A DNA stretch of 64,000 nucleotides, from positions 3,113,538-3,177,537 of the forward strand of contig JBNZDD010013730.1 in assembly GCA_050575255.1 (NCBI GenBank), read 5' to 3'. This document shows positions 1 through 11,012 of this stretch, piece by piece; the first letter of the stretch is position 1; each line of letters begins with the position of its first letter. The notes under the pieces are model-generated. The model did not search any database and was not told the origin of the DNA. It was given only the letters and a program-made list of their open reading frames with translations. Origin of the DNA: Harriotta raleighana. Its lineage: Eukaryota. The position numbers and the translations under genes are program-made.

Positions 1-240
1 AAGCTGGAAAAAGACATTTCATCCTGGATATCTGGTAAAACTGTATGCAGATTGAGATCCAGCTTGCTCCAATACTGCCTCACAGGTTGTTGATAAAGGC
101 AATATCTTTTGGTATAATTTCCCTTTATCACACAGTATTTTTCCAAGTCCAGTAGGAAACAGCCAATGGCCATCAAAACAGAGTTAGGAGAACACGGAAA
201 CAAGTAGCTCAAGTGTTTGAACTTGGTTTATTGAACTTAC

Positions 241-3200
241 ACTTTTTTAAGTCTTTCCACAACAATTCGTCTTCTGATCTGATGCTGGGAGATGGAATCC
301 ACCAATGGAAGAACCAGGTTCTCTTTTCTATGTTTCTGAATAACCAATAACCAAGAAAAATAGCCGCAGGAATTATACGGTACAAGAGAAGTAAGGTACT
401 TTCTGTTCAAAGTCATCATTTGCAAAATATGTTTTACCTAAGAGTGGCCTCTGCTTTTAGCACTTCTCCAATATCCATTTCCTAAGATGATAAACTGTTC
501 CATTCAGGAATATTACAGAGTGGACTCACGTTCACCTAAAGGCTCCATTTAGTGTAACAGAGGTGAATACTTCAGAATAGCTTGGGAAATAATTAAAAAC
601 TACCTCATGTGAGAACAGTAACAGCGTGTATACAATATGGGCCATCATTTCTGGGATAGCATCCAGCCAGTCCAAAGTACCCAACCCATTACAGTAAAAA
701 AATCACAATAAGCATTTATATTTCCCAGTGGAAAGACATTTTACAATACACCTTTCTAGGATTCTGCAGGACATCAAAGACAGAATTTAACACTTACATA
801 ATTTATAGATTCCAAATGTTCTTCAGTATTGCCATCAATGTCTTCAGATAAAACATACCGCCCCTTATAAAATTCTCTGACCTTCAGGTGAAGGAATTCA
901 GATTCCGGCTTTGGTCGTTCCACACCTGCGAGTGGTCTATTACTGGCTGACCCTTGGAGTGAAGGACGTTGTCTCAAACCATTATCATTTCTGGAATTCT
1001 GATTAGGATCTCCAATTTCAACTGCCTCCAGAATGTCCAAGTCATCTTCATCAAGTTTTTGCTTACTTACACAAGTCACTTGGCTTGACTCATTAGATTC
1101 TAGCATTTTGCTCTTGAAATTAGAACCGTAAAGAAATATTAATGTTTCTTCTGTATTCCATTCAGTTAGTGTTTCTGTTAGCAAATCTAATACAACAGTT
1201 TTCACAGGCAGAGCCACCTTGTCAGTGTGCTTTTCTGAACTAGAATGACTGGATTGTTTTGATTTTTCTATCAGCATTTTCAGTGAAGCAGCACCCTTCT
1301 TGCTTAGACTTTGTGTAGTAAAATTTCCAGGCGCAACAGAAGCTTGATCTTTTTCCATGACTTTCTGTGAAGATGCTGGAGGTGTACATTCTTCTGTGTT
1401 TTGTGTATTTTGAGACAGTCTAGTATCTGGTTCCTCAGTATTATGAATTTGGCATTTCTTCAATTGTTCAGTCACTTTCCCAACTGTGTGATCTTTTTCC
1501 TTATGTTTTACCATTGGATCATTTCTTTCAGTCTTTCTAGCTTTGCCTTGCGTTTTTCGGGGCAGCTTATGCTCTAAAGTCTTGGATTTGCATTGTTCTC
1601 CCAAAAGGATGGTGGAAAGAAACTCTTGCTCTGAATCACTACTACTATTCTCACCAGGAGAAAGGTTGTGCACAGGCTGTTCTTCCACAATGCTGGAATC
1701 AGCAATATCTGAAACTTGCAGGTTTGAACTTTCAAACTTTATTTCCTGGCCAGGATTGCCACTTAAAGCATGGGAAAAAAGTGTGGGTGAGGGGGAGGGG
1801 AAACATGAGTATCAAGCAGGAGTTCAAAGCTCTTTTTAAAACATTGCTCTATTTTAATCAACTTTTCAAAGCGCTTTTGAAAATATTAATAAAACCCTAA
1901 AAAAAAGCCTTAATTAATTTTCTGACAATCTCTTTAGTATCTGGGTTCTATGCTAGTATAGTATTGTCAGAAGGATAGAGACATCACCATGTTTTCCATC
2001 CGTATATCTGCACAAGCAGACAAAGGCACCACCTTGTGGCCAATTAAGTGTGAACCTTTTTAAAGTAAAACCCCAGCAAAATTGCTGTACAATATGAAAT
2101 CAATTTTTGATGACTATCTACTCTCATGCATTAAGAAGACTTTGCGAAAATGAAATTCAAGCTGAAAGCTGAGATTTCCTTAGGAAAAACGTCCATAAAT
2201 TTAATTAAAAAGCAGATATTGAGATATTAATTACAAGTGGATGAAAATACTTTCCAACTTGATAGGAAAAGGGAAGAACAAGCACATTTATGTCACTTGT
2301 GCTTTCATCACAGTTTAATACCTTATTAATTCCAATTAACTTTTAGGTCATTCCTACAGTTCATACATATCTGGGGCGCTCATTGGTTGGAGCACTCGCC
2401 TTACAAGCGTGAGATCTGTGTTTCGAATCCAGGCAAGTTAGGGCGAAACCTTGGGCAAGTTTCTTTACTCCACATGCCTAATAATAATCTCTCCAAAAAA
2501 ACTATTAATAATTTGATCATTTCAATTCACGACTGTTTGTGGGACACTGCTGTGAACAATTGGCCGCTGCATTTCGCCCATAAATATACAGTCAATTCAC
2601 TTTACAGTATATTCTGTGAAGTACTTTGAGACGTCGTGAAGACGTGAAAAGCACTATCTCAAATGCAAGGCTTATTATTATTATGAGAATTAGATTTCAG
2701 ATAAAAAACTCGGTGTACTGTGCAATTCTTTATGATTAAGGTTAATACATACCCTTGTCCTTTCAATAAGTGACAAACTGGATGTCTGCAACACATAGAA
2801 AAGCTACGATTATTTTTCATGCCTGAAATCTTTTTAATTCTTCCCAATAACATGACATTAAAAACCCTCAGAAGAGCACCACTACAGCACAAGTGTGATT
2901 TTTCATACTTGGCAGTCTCAGCTCTCTGTGGGTTAAAATGGCTTGAAAACATCTGTTTTAGAATCTTTGGATACAGCAATAGAAACCATCATTCACTTAG
3001 TCGTGGACCAGATATCAATCCAAAAAAGACAAATAACGTAATCCCCTGCATCCCCACTTTCATTGTCACTTAATGTTGCTTGGTCACAATATTAATATTG
3101 GATTTTTAAAAAAAAAGTCAAATCTAAAATGCAAATGCTACTTTTTTTATTTTAAGACTTGTGTAAATAAGTAATGATTTATAATATTCAAGCAGTCAGT

Positions 3201-6200
3201 TCTGTGCTGTCTTGAGATCAGGCAGCTCACAGCTCATTACAGGTCCATTAACATAAATGGAGCTTCCTCAGGTGGCTCCTTCTGTCAATGCTATTAACAA
3301 GACAGCATGGCTCGGCAGTAAAGGAGGCCAATTTTATATACTGTATTCAGGAATTGCAAGAAATTTGTTGCCAAAGAATATATTACACGAGTAATTTTCC
3401 TTCTCTCTCCTTCTCCTGCGTTCCAAGACCCCACCCTGCGTGAAGGGTACTATGTAAATGCAAGTTGTTGTTCCTCTTAAATAAATGGATATCTTTGCAT
3501 ACGGTGGTTATAAATATAATAGCTAAAAAATAAATACTGCACCTTTCTTCATCCCGTAGCCATAATGGGCTCCTTGGAATCTGTGCTTCATAATATTTGG
3601 AGCCTTTATAACAAAAATTGCTGCAAAAATTCTGTAAACAAAGATATTATTTGCTTATAATGCATCTAACAATTTTCAGATTTTACATCCTTAAAAAACA
3701 TTGTTACCAATTTGTCTCTTGAAGGCACTAATTAACGCTATAAGTTCTGTACCATCTGACAGTCTAAAGTAGCTATTCTTTATGTGAATGCCTAAATGCA
3801 CTTTTGTGACTTTAGTCTCCACATTTCACATACATCCATACACCTAGCGGTTCAAGATCTCCTCGCAACGTGAAAGCACTATGCCAAATATATATACAAT
3901 ATATAATTATTTTCATTTAGAGGAGTTTGACTAAGATCTTCAAAATCCCTCAATCATTTTATTCTCCCAATTTACCCAGACATCAATCTGGGAGAAATCA
4001 GTGAATCAATGGTCTTTCAAGACTTGTTGATGACATATTGAATCGTGAGAAATTAGCAAATTAAATTAATCCAACATTTCTAATCAGTAAACCGAGTGTT
4101 AATAAAGTACTTACCTTTCTTTCTGTAATATCATAAATTCGATTAGTTTTAGTAGATATTGTGTACTGCTGTTTAGGTACCTAAGATAGAAAAGGATATA
4201 AATATTTTTAAAAATATCATAGATCATATCATTGCTTGTACAAGATACTTAGTGAATCAGCAACCATGTGTCAGGGTGGACAGTATCAAAGCTTAGTCAA
4301 ATGTTTCTTAATAAAGGTTGCTCTAAAAAAGCAACCACTTTTTAAAATTTATGGGCAACATCCAATGACACTTTGCTAAGGCATCATCAGTCTAGCTAAC
4401 AATATTCTAAATTTGTCCAACGGTTCCAGTCCATCACTTAAGATCTCAAGCAATACTACTTCCCCACAATATCAACAGTATTGGAATGTGTTTGCAAAAT
4501 CAATTCCATTTTTAGGCATATTTAAGTTTGCTTTTACTGCATACAGTATATAGAATTTACAACTATTTTCCCTAAAGCAATCAAAAGCAAATAAAATACC
4601 CTTACATTCACCAATTTATTTTGACAAACAGGATAGCCACACTGCTTGATGATGGAACGCTCCTCAATAACATCTTGATAATGAAGTGGAGTAATAAACG
4701 TGGCCTAAATTGAAACAGAAATAGAAGCTAATTGTACACACACTTGTACATTGTTGTTATGAAACATGTCTCTTCAATATTAAGTTGCTTACAATTTGAA
4801 AACTTTGTCTCAAAGAAAGGAAATTAACAACTTACACAGTCAATCAGAAAGTCTTTGGTTACATTAATTTCAAGGAGGCGTTCAACAATCAAAAGAGCCT
4901 TTTTATCGCTTTCATGTTTCCTTCTCAGGGCTACCTCCATTGTAGCTCTTCTATTGCAGTACATTTGAAGAGAAAAAAAATGGATAACATCAATATCAGG
5001 ATACTTGAAAAGTATATTGCAGGATATCTTATATTAAAACCCTTTTTATTTGCATGTACTGTACTGAATGCCATTCCCCACACAATTTTTTCCCTTCAGT
5101 TTGTAATTGCAGTATCTCAACAGTGTTTCCTGTGAAGCGCTTTGAGACGTCTTGAAGACATGAAATGCACTATATCAAATGTAAAGGGTTATTATTATTA
5201 ACTCTGTGATCACGGACCTCCCGATCACGGACGCAACCAATTGCGCACAGTGATATCCCACAAACAGCCGTGGAATGAGTGACCACATTTTTGGGGGGAG
5301 GGATTATTAACCCCAGAAACGATCAGCCAAATGACCAACAACCAGACAACAGCAACAACAAAATTACATTCATAGAGCGCCTTTCACAGTCTCCACACCT
5401 GGGTTTCTACAATTTCCACAGTAACCATCACATGTTTTGCCTAACTTCTGTAATATTGGCCTAAACGTGTACATAACTTCCGTAAAATCTACACAAGACT
5501 CGTACACTTCTAATACATAGTTTGCACAATTTCCACAACACCAACATCCCAAAATAACATCCTCAGCTGGTTCACAAAAAAAAGTCAGAACGTTTACACA
5601 GAGTCAATACAAATTGCTTAATCAACAATGATAATAAATTGGTCATTTTGTAACCCGGTTACTCTATTCCTTGCCAAACTGCACCGGCCCCCCGACACAC
5701 AACGGATCGACTTCAAGATCCTCACTCTTGCGTTTAAATCCCTCCATTCCTCGGCACCCCATTACCTCTTTAATCTCCTTTCTCCTCATAGCCGTACCCA
5801 CTACCTCTGCTCAACTGGATCCCTGCTCCTCCTTGTTTCCCGGAATCCTCCGCTCCATCATCGGCGGCCGTGCTTTCAGCCACTGTGGCTCAGTGGTTAG
5901 AGCACTCGCCTTACATGCCTTACAAGCCTGAGACCTGTGTTCGAATCCAGGCAGATCAGGGCGAAACCTTGGGCAAGTTTCCTTACTCCACATGCCTAAT
6001 AATAATCCCTCCAAAAAAACCACAATAATAAAATTGGTCATTTCAATCTATGACTGTTTGTGGGACGCTGCTGTGCACAATTGGCTGCCGCGTTTCACCC
6101 ACAAATATACAGTCAATTCACTTTACAGTATATTCTGTGAAGCGCTTTGGGACGTTGATAAGATGTGAAAAGCGCTATATCAAATGCAAGGATTATTATT

Positions 6201-6905
6201 ATTATTACGCCCCCAAACTTTGGAACTCCCCCCCCCCCCCACCTCAGCCTCACTCGCTCCTTCCCCATCTTCAGGTCGCGCCTGAAGACCTTTCACTTCA
6301 ACTGACCACACCTAGTCACCTTTTCCCCTCTTTCCCCAGGCTCAGCCTCGGGCTCTGTTATTGTGAGGCGCTCCGAGACGTTCCCCCCACCCCGTCCCCC
6401 CCGGCGTGGAGGGCGTTATATATACAAATACAAGTTGGTGTTGGTGGGTGAGGTGCCCATGTGCGCAATTGGCCGCCACGTTTCACCCGCCGACATGCAG
6501 TCAATTCACTTTCCGGTGTATTCTGTGAAGCACTTTTGAGGCGTCTCGGAGGCGTGACAAGGCGCTGTATCGAAATACGGGGCTCAGATCAAATGGAAGT
6601 TCAGTATCTCCACGAATTGCTCTCGAGTTTGTGATTTGCAAACAGCTCATATCAAATGCAAGGGTCACCATCACTATTATTATTATTATTGTTGTTGTTA
6701 CAGATGCGACAGAAACCCCACCTCAAAGCCGCCTCCTCCTTCTTCTTCTGATCGGCAGCGTCGACCTCGCAGCCTGTGTGTGTGGGAGAGAGAGAGAGAG
6801 AAACATCCATGAAAGCGCTGCTGGGAGATGAAGATGAAGGTGAAAGTGAAGCGGGGCCGGTGTGGCCTGGAGCTGTCGCCCACCTTTCCCGCCGCCGTCC
6901 GCCAT
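241..6905 (-). CDS. RPAP2: RNA polymerase II-associated protein 2 (RTR1-type CTD phosphatase), coding exons 1-9; 3' part lies left of the window
   Basis: Phase-consistent GT-AG exons: 6884-6905, 6722-6773, 4836-4950, 4606-4704, 4115-4180, 3543-3631, 2753-2785, 798-1761, 241-335. Translation [36 protein letters not shown]...[10 protein letters not shown]...[29 protein letters not shown]...[36 protein letters not shown] contains the RTR1-type zinc finger (CGYPxC...FCSNFC); [24 protein letters not shown] matches the RPAP2 C-terminal region. Head-to-head with GLMN. Confidence 0.95.
798..1761 (-). CDS. RPAP2: RPAP2 large central exon (exon 8)
   Basis: 964-nt open exon overlapping ORF 774..1688; acceptor ctttaag, donor TAT|gtaagt; contains [20 protein letters not shown] and [13 protein letters not shown] blocks typical of RPAP2. 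Confidence 0.9.
2373..2683 (+). mobile_element. tRNA-derived Deu-domain SINE with L2-like tail, near full length
   Basis: tRNA-like head (gctcattggttggagcactcgcc...ttcgaatcc), core tttgtgggacactgctgtgaacaattggccgc, tail tgtgaagtactttgagacgtc...aaatgcaagg(tta)n; same family as 5884, 9990, 45160, 57499. Confidence 0.85.
5650..6445 (+). mobile_element. L2-clade LINE 3' fragment split by a SINE insertion
   Basis: 5690-5760 encodes [22 protein letters not shown] (L2 ORF2 C-terminus); ...GGRAFS stops at 5883 and resumes as APKLWNS at 6208; 3' end gcgttatatatacaaatacaagttg. Confidence 0.8.
5884..6207 (+). mobile_element. tRNA-derived Deu-domain SINE, near full length
   Basis: A box TGGCTCAGTGG, B box GTTCGAATCC (5939-5948), Deu core, L2-like tail and (TTA)n. 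Confidence 0.88.
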
Positions 6906-7340
6906 GACAGCGCCGACCTTTCACCTCTGACCCCTTCACGGGCAGAAGCCGCGGAATTCAAACTGCTTCACACACACACATACACACACCCCCCCCTCCC
7001 CACCCCCACAGTACAGTTGCTGCCGCGTTTTAATTTTCGACCACAAACTCTGTTTACATTTGTACGGGTTTGTACGATCTATTTTCCTCTCGTGTGTTTG
7101 CTTTTTTTTAAAAAAAAACACCTCAAATAAAAAGATTAAAACTGAACAAACAGACCCAGTGTAAGCAAGTTTGAGCCAAATCTGTCAATAGACAACGATT
7201 GTAATTTTGTACTTTTAAGGGCATGGTATGTGTGAATTCAGGGAAGACAGCGCCGACCATTTTATTAAACACGAGAAGAAAAATCTCCCCGAGAGAGGAA
7301 AGCGTACATGTTACGCGCTAAAGAAATCTCGAGAGATAAA
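6690..7340 (-). promoter_or_regulatory. CpG-rich 5' end/promoter region of RPAP2
   Basis: CpG-dense 6700-6960 around the ATG at 6905; YY1-like GCCGACCATTTT at ~7252; TCTCGAGAGA (one mismatch to the TCTCGCGAGA promoter motif) at 7327-7336. Confidence 0.55.
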
Positions 7341-8239
7341 CGAGGGATAAGGAGAGGCCAGAGGAGGAATCCAATTAGCTGGTAGGAGGAGAGCTAAGGA
7401 CCCACAAACACTCAATCACTGCCTTATCACGCAGTGTGTGCTCAAGAAGGCCAGACTGAAATACATGTACAGCAGAAAGACTGTGTGGCACACTTGAGTC
7501 CAAGCAATGTTGTAAGTAAACAAGTCTCATCATGTATATGATGTACATTATATCTTCTGAAGATTCACTGCAGCCAGTACATATTAGTCGTAATTCTTTT
7601 CACAGCACACCACCACATTCTTGTTAAGCAAAATGCTTTGTGACTTCTTGAACAACATGACAAGGCACTAGACAGTATTAAATGCGAGGATTATTATTAT
7701 ATTATTATTTGCTTCAGCCATGTATTCCCATATTTATTATGTGCTTGCTGTTACGTACATGGTTTATTACGTACATGGATTTTGTTAATCTGAGCAAAAT
7801 CTGAGTTGTTCAGTGAAACAATATTTTAATGGGAGTTGAGGTATTTTACATGATGTATGTGTATGGTAGACATTTACCAAATTTGAAGCTGACTCCATTT
7901 TGGGCTCAGATTTTGAATTTAACTAAATGTATCGAATCAATGTATATTTCTAAATAATAATTTCCCAAAACAGACAAATGTCTCATTTTGCAATTATCTT
8001 GTTTGCAGCTGAAACCCGTGGTTATATTGGTAGTTTTATTTTATAAAAACGTTTTAAGTAAGTGTAATTTTGAAACATAGAATGAATATTTCATTATGAA
8101 CTAGAACATAGGACTAATTATGCTTAGGAACAAATGAGGGGTGGTAAGTACATTATCAAGGTCAAAGGGGGAATCGCTAATGAGCTCCAGCAAAAGCCAG
8201 AAGATTCCAAAGACTTTGAGCCTAACTAATCCTGAAGCT

Positions 8240-8365
8240 AAACACAAAATACTGCAGATGCCGGGAATCTGAAAAAAACACAGAAGTTGCTGGGGGAAAC
8301 TCAGCAAGTCAGGCAGCATCCATGGAGAAAGGAAAGCTTTCCGTTTACAACCTACTGAAGAATAC
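8240..8365 (+). repeat. Penelope-like repeat remnant common in cartilaginous fish
   Basis: aaaatactgcagatgccgggaatctgaaaaaaacacagaagttgctgggggaaactcagcaagtcaggcagcatc resembles from memory a widespread shark repeat; a degenerate inverted pair lies at ~32810-33010. Confidence 0.45.
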
Positions 8366-8489
8366 AATCATGTTTAATAGGAAATCAGAAGCTAGACTCA
8401 GTGTTTTTTTAAAGAAATATTCAGCCCTGGGGACAGCGATACAGTATATTGTTTGCTTTAATTTTAAAAAAAACTGTTTACTTGTTTAA

Positions 8490-8730
8490 CTACAACAAGA
8501 AAATTATATTTCTATAGTGACTTTCACACTGGGAGGACTTTAAAGGGGCTGGACTGTCAGTGTTTCAGACCTGAGCTGGGATTGGGAAGGGTGGAGGGAA
8601 AGAGGGGATTTGGGGTGACCGATAGCACTGTCGAAGAGGAGGGTCTCGAGGAGGGACTTGAAGGAGGCCAGGGAGGAAGCGAGACGGAGGGATGGTGGGA
8701 TGGAATTCCATAGGTTAGGGGCAGAGTGTA
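8490..8730 (-). mobile_element. L2 LINE 3' end fragment
   Basis: APNLWNSIPPSLRLASSLASFKSLLETLLF (ORF 8540..8743) plus 3' UTR shared with copies at 33165, 34055 and 50520. Confidence 0.8.
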
Positions 8731-9339
8731 CTGTATAGTACAATATACTGTGAAGCGCTTTGAGAAGTCTAGAAGACGTGAAAAGTGCTATCTCAAATGC
8801 AAGGATTATTGCGGCTTGTTTCGGTGCTGGTATAGAACATGAATATAAAATTACAGTACATTCCTAATCCATTGATCGTGCATTTGAGTTTGACCAAATG
8901 AAGCACACATCGCTGCCGGGTTGTTTAAATGGATCATGGATAAATAGATCACCCCTGTCATCTCCCAGATTTCAAATCAGTTTGTTCGAAAACAAAGCAC
9001 CGAATTACTTGTCCACCAGTACAAACCTAAGGAAGCAGCAACCTGTTGGGGTCGCAACTTCTCGTGATCACCAAATCCCAACAAATCCCAACAAATTCAA
9101 AGAGGCAGACAGTTGTGTGTTTCGTAGCCCAAAGTCAACCCAATACGAGCTCCCCAAAAGTAGCCCAACATTTTTTTTTGGCTTTGCCTTCGCCTCCTTC
9201 CTATAAGAGTGGCAAGGACGTGGGTGAAGTGCACAGTTTTGAAACTGTTGTGAGAAGAAAAGTTTTGCAGGGTTTTTTAAAAAAAAAATTAGGAACCCGC
9301 TCAAAGTCCGGTTCTTCCAAGCAATAGACAACAACGACA

Positions 9340-9900
9340 ACAACAACAACAAAACACGCCCAATTAGGCGTGAACCCGCCCAATCTGGCGAGGGAGGGAG
9401 GGGGAGGATGGATGAGGGGAGGAGGAGGAGCCGATTTGCGCACGCGCGTTGGGAGCGTCTGGCTGCTGTGATGAGGTGAATGGGTGTCGCGCGGCCCTGT
9501 TTGAAATCTAACCGTCAGCTCCGCGCGCGCACAGTCAGCTTCTCGACCCCCCCCCCCCGCGGTGAAGAGGGGCGGTGNCTAACCGTCAGCTCCGCGCGCG
9601 CACAGTCAGCTTCTCGACCCCCCCCCCCACCGCGGTGAAGGGGGGAGGTGAGGGGGGGTNTGGGTGTCGCGCGGCCCTGTTTGAAATCTAACCGTCAGCT
9701 CCGCGCGCGCACAGTCAGCTTCTCGACCCCCCCCCCCCGCGGTGAAGAGGGGCGGTGGGGGGGGTTAGGGGGTCTGATCATCCGACCTCAGCCAAACATG
9801 CTTCCACCGTCAGCCACCCCGGGGTGGAGGAGGTGGAAAAGGAACTTGTACTCGTGTTTTCCGCGACCCTTCGTTCTCTGGTTGCTTCGGGTCATCACAG
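9340..9900 (+). promoter_or_regulatory. CpG island, probable GLMN promoter and non-coding first exon
   Basis: CCAAT boxes at 9360 and 9380, NRF1-like TGCGCACGCG at 9437, candidate donor GAG|gtgaat at 9476; GLMN coding exon acceptor cctag at 10988. Partly duplicated by assembly joins. Confidence 0.65.
9481..9757. other. Probable assembly artefact: triplicated segment separated by single Ns
   Basis: Ns at 9578 and 9660 with near-identical flanking copies; the same pattern occurs at Ns 42139, 43733, 43822 and 53928. Confidence 0.75.
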
Positions 9901-9989
9901 TCCAGTCCCAGTCCTGACCTGAGTGAGTGAGTGAGTGAGTGGGTGGGGTGGGGGTGGGTCGGTCGGTCAGTCAGTCAGTCAGATAATAC

Positions 9990-10306
9990 AGCGATAATAA
10001 TCCTTACATTTGATATCGCGTCTGAGAGCGCTTCACAGAATGTACTGTATAGTAATTTGCCCGGATGTTTGTGGGCGAAACGGGGCAGCCAATCGCGCTG
10101 GTCCCCGCAACCGGTCGTGGATCGAAATGACCCAATTTATGATAGTGATTTTTTTTTGTGGGGGGATGGGGGGTAGGGATGATTATTATTAGGCGGGCGT
10201 GTGGAGCACGGAAACTTGCCCAAGGTTTCGCCCTGACCTGCCTGGATTCGAACACAGGTCTCACTGTGTCAGGCGAGTGCTCTAAACACCGAGCTGCAGG
10301 AGCTCC
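9990..10306 (-). mobile_element. tRNA-derived Deu-domain SINE, near full length
   Basis: Reverse complement of the family consensus: ggagctcctgcagctcggtgtttagagcactcgcc...gttcgaatccaggc...tgtgaagcgc. Confidence 0.85.
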
Positions 10307-11012
10307 ACGAGAATTAGACAATGGACTGTCCAAGACGCTCATGGATAGATTCTCATATATGTTCTATCAAATGCTGCGCAAACCTGTGGATACCGTGAAG
10401 AATTCAGCAACTGTGCAAGACAACAGTCTCAATTTCCGAGGCCCATTTCAAATAGCCTTGCGGCTCAATTTACTGCGTAAACATATCATAAACGTTTACA
10501 GTAATAATCCTTGTGTTCAGTATGGCGCTTCATCACGTGTTCGAGACGTCCGAAAACTCCTCACAAGGTTTACTTTAAATTTGCTCTTCAATTGACTGTA
10601 TATTTGTGTGGGCGAAACCTACGGGTCAAGTTAACGTGCTTCCCAAAGAAGAGCGCAGCGGACTTCCAGTCCGGTGGGGTTCTCGAGTGACCACTCGCTG
10701 GAGATGTTGTCTCGGCTGAACACATGCAGTGCGACCCTCCATGCCCGACCCCCCCCTTTCCCTCTCTTCCCTCCCTCCCTCCGCACCCCAGGTTCCCCAA
10801 ACAGATTTTTTTTTTAGCACTTAATATGCACTACCAGACAAAGACTTGCCTCATCCATATGTCAAGCATGTAAATCTGGTACAGTGATAGTCAGACATGG
10901 ATGCTGCTATTAAAGTTATGGTATTGATCTTAAAAAGGATATTAATGTAACTGGATGTTGGTGTTTTTCTTGTGCATTGTATTCCTAGGTGTAGGTAGAA
11001 AGTAACGTCAGA

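Noticed and set aside
6050-6451. Recurrent short ORFs with [21 protein letters not shown]-like peptides (also 52523, 57323, 57631)
   Set aside because: Translations of SINE copies, not a protein family.
9481-9757. Apparent triple tandem repeat in the GLMN promoter, superficially array-like
   Set aside because: Copies are separated by single Ns and end at poly-C/G runs, typical of unmerged contig overlaps; treated as an assembly artefact.
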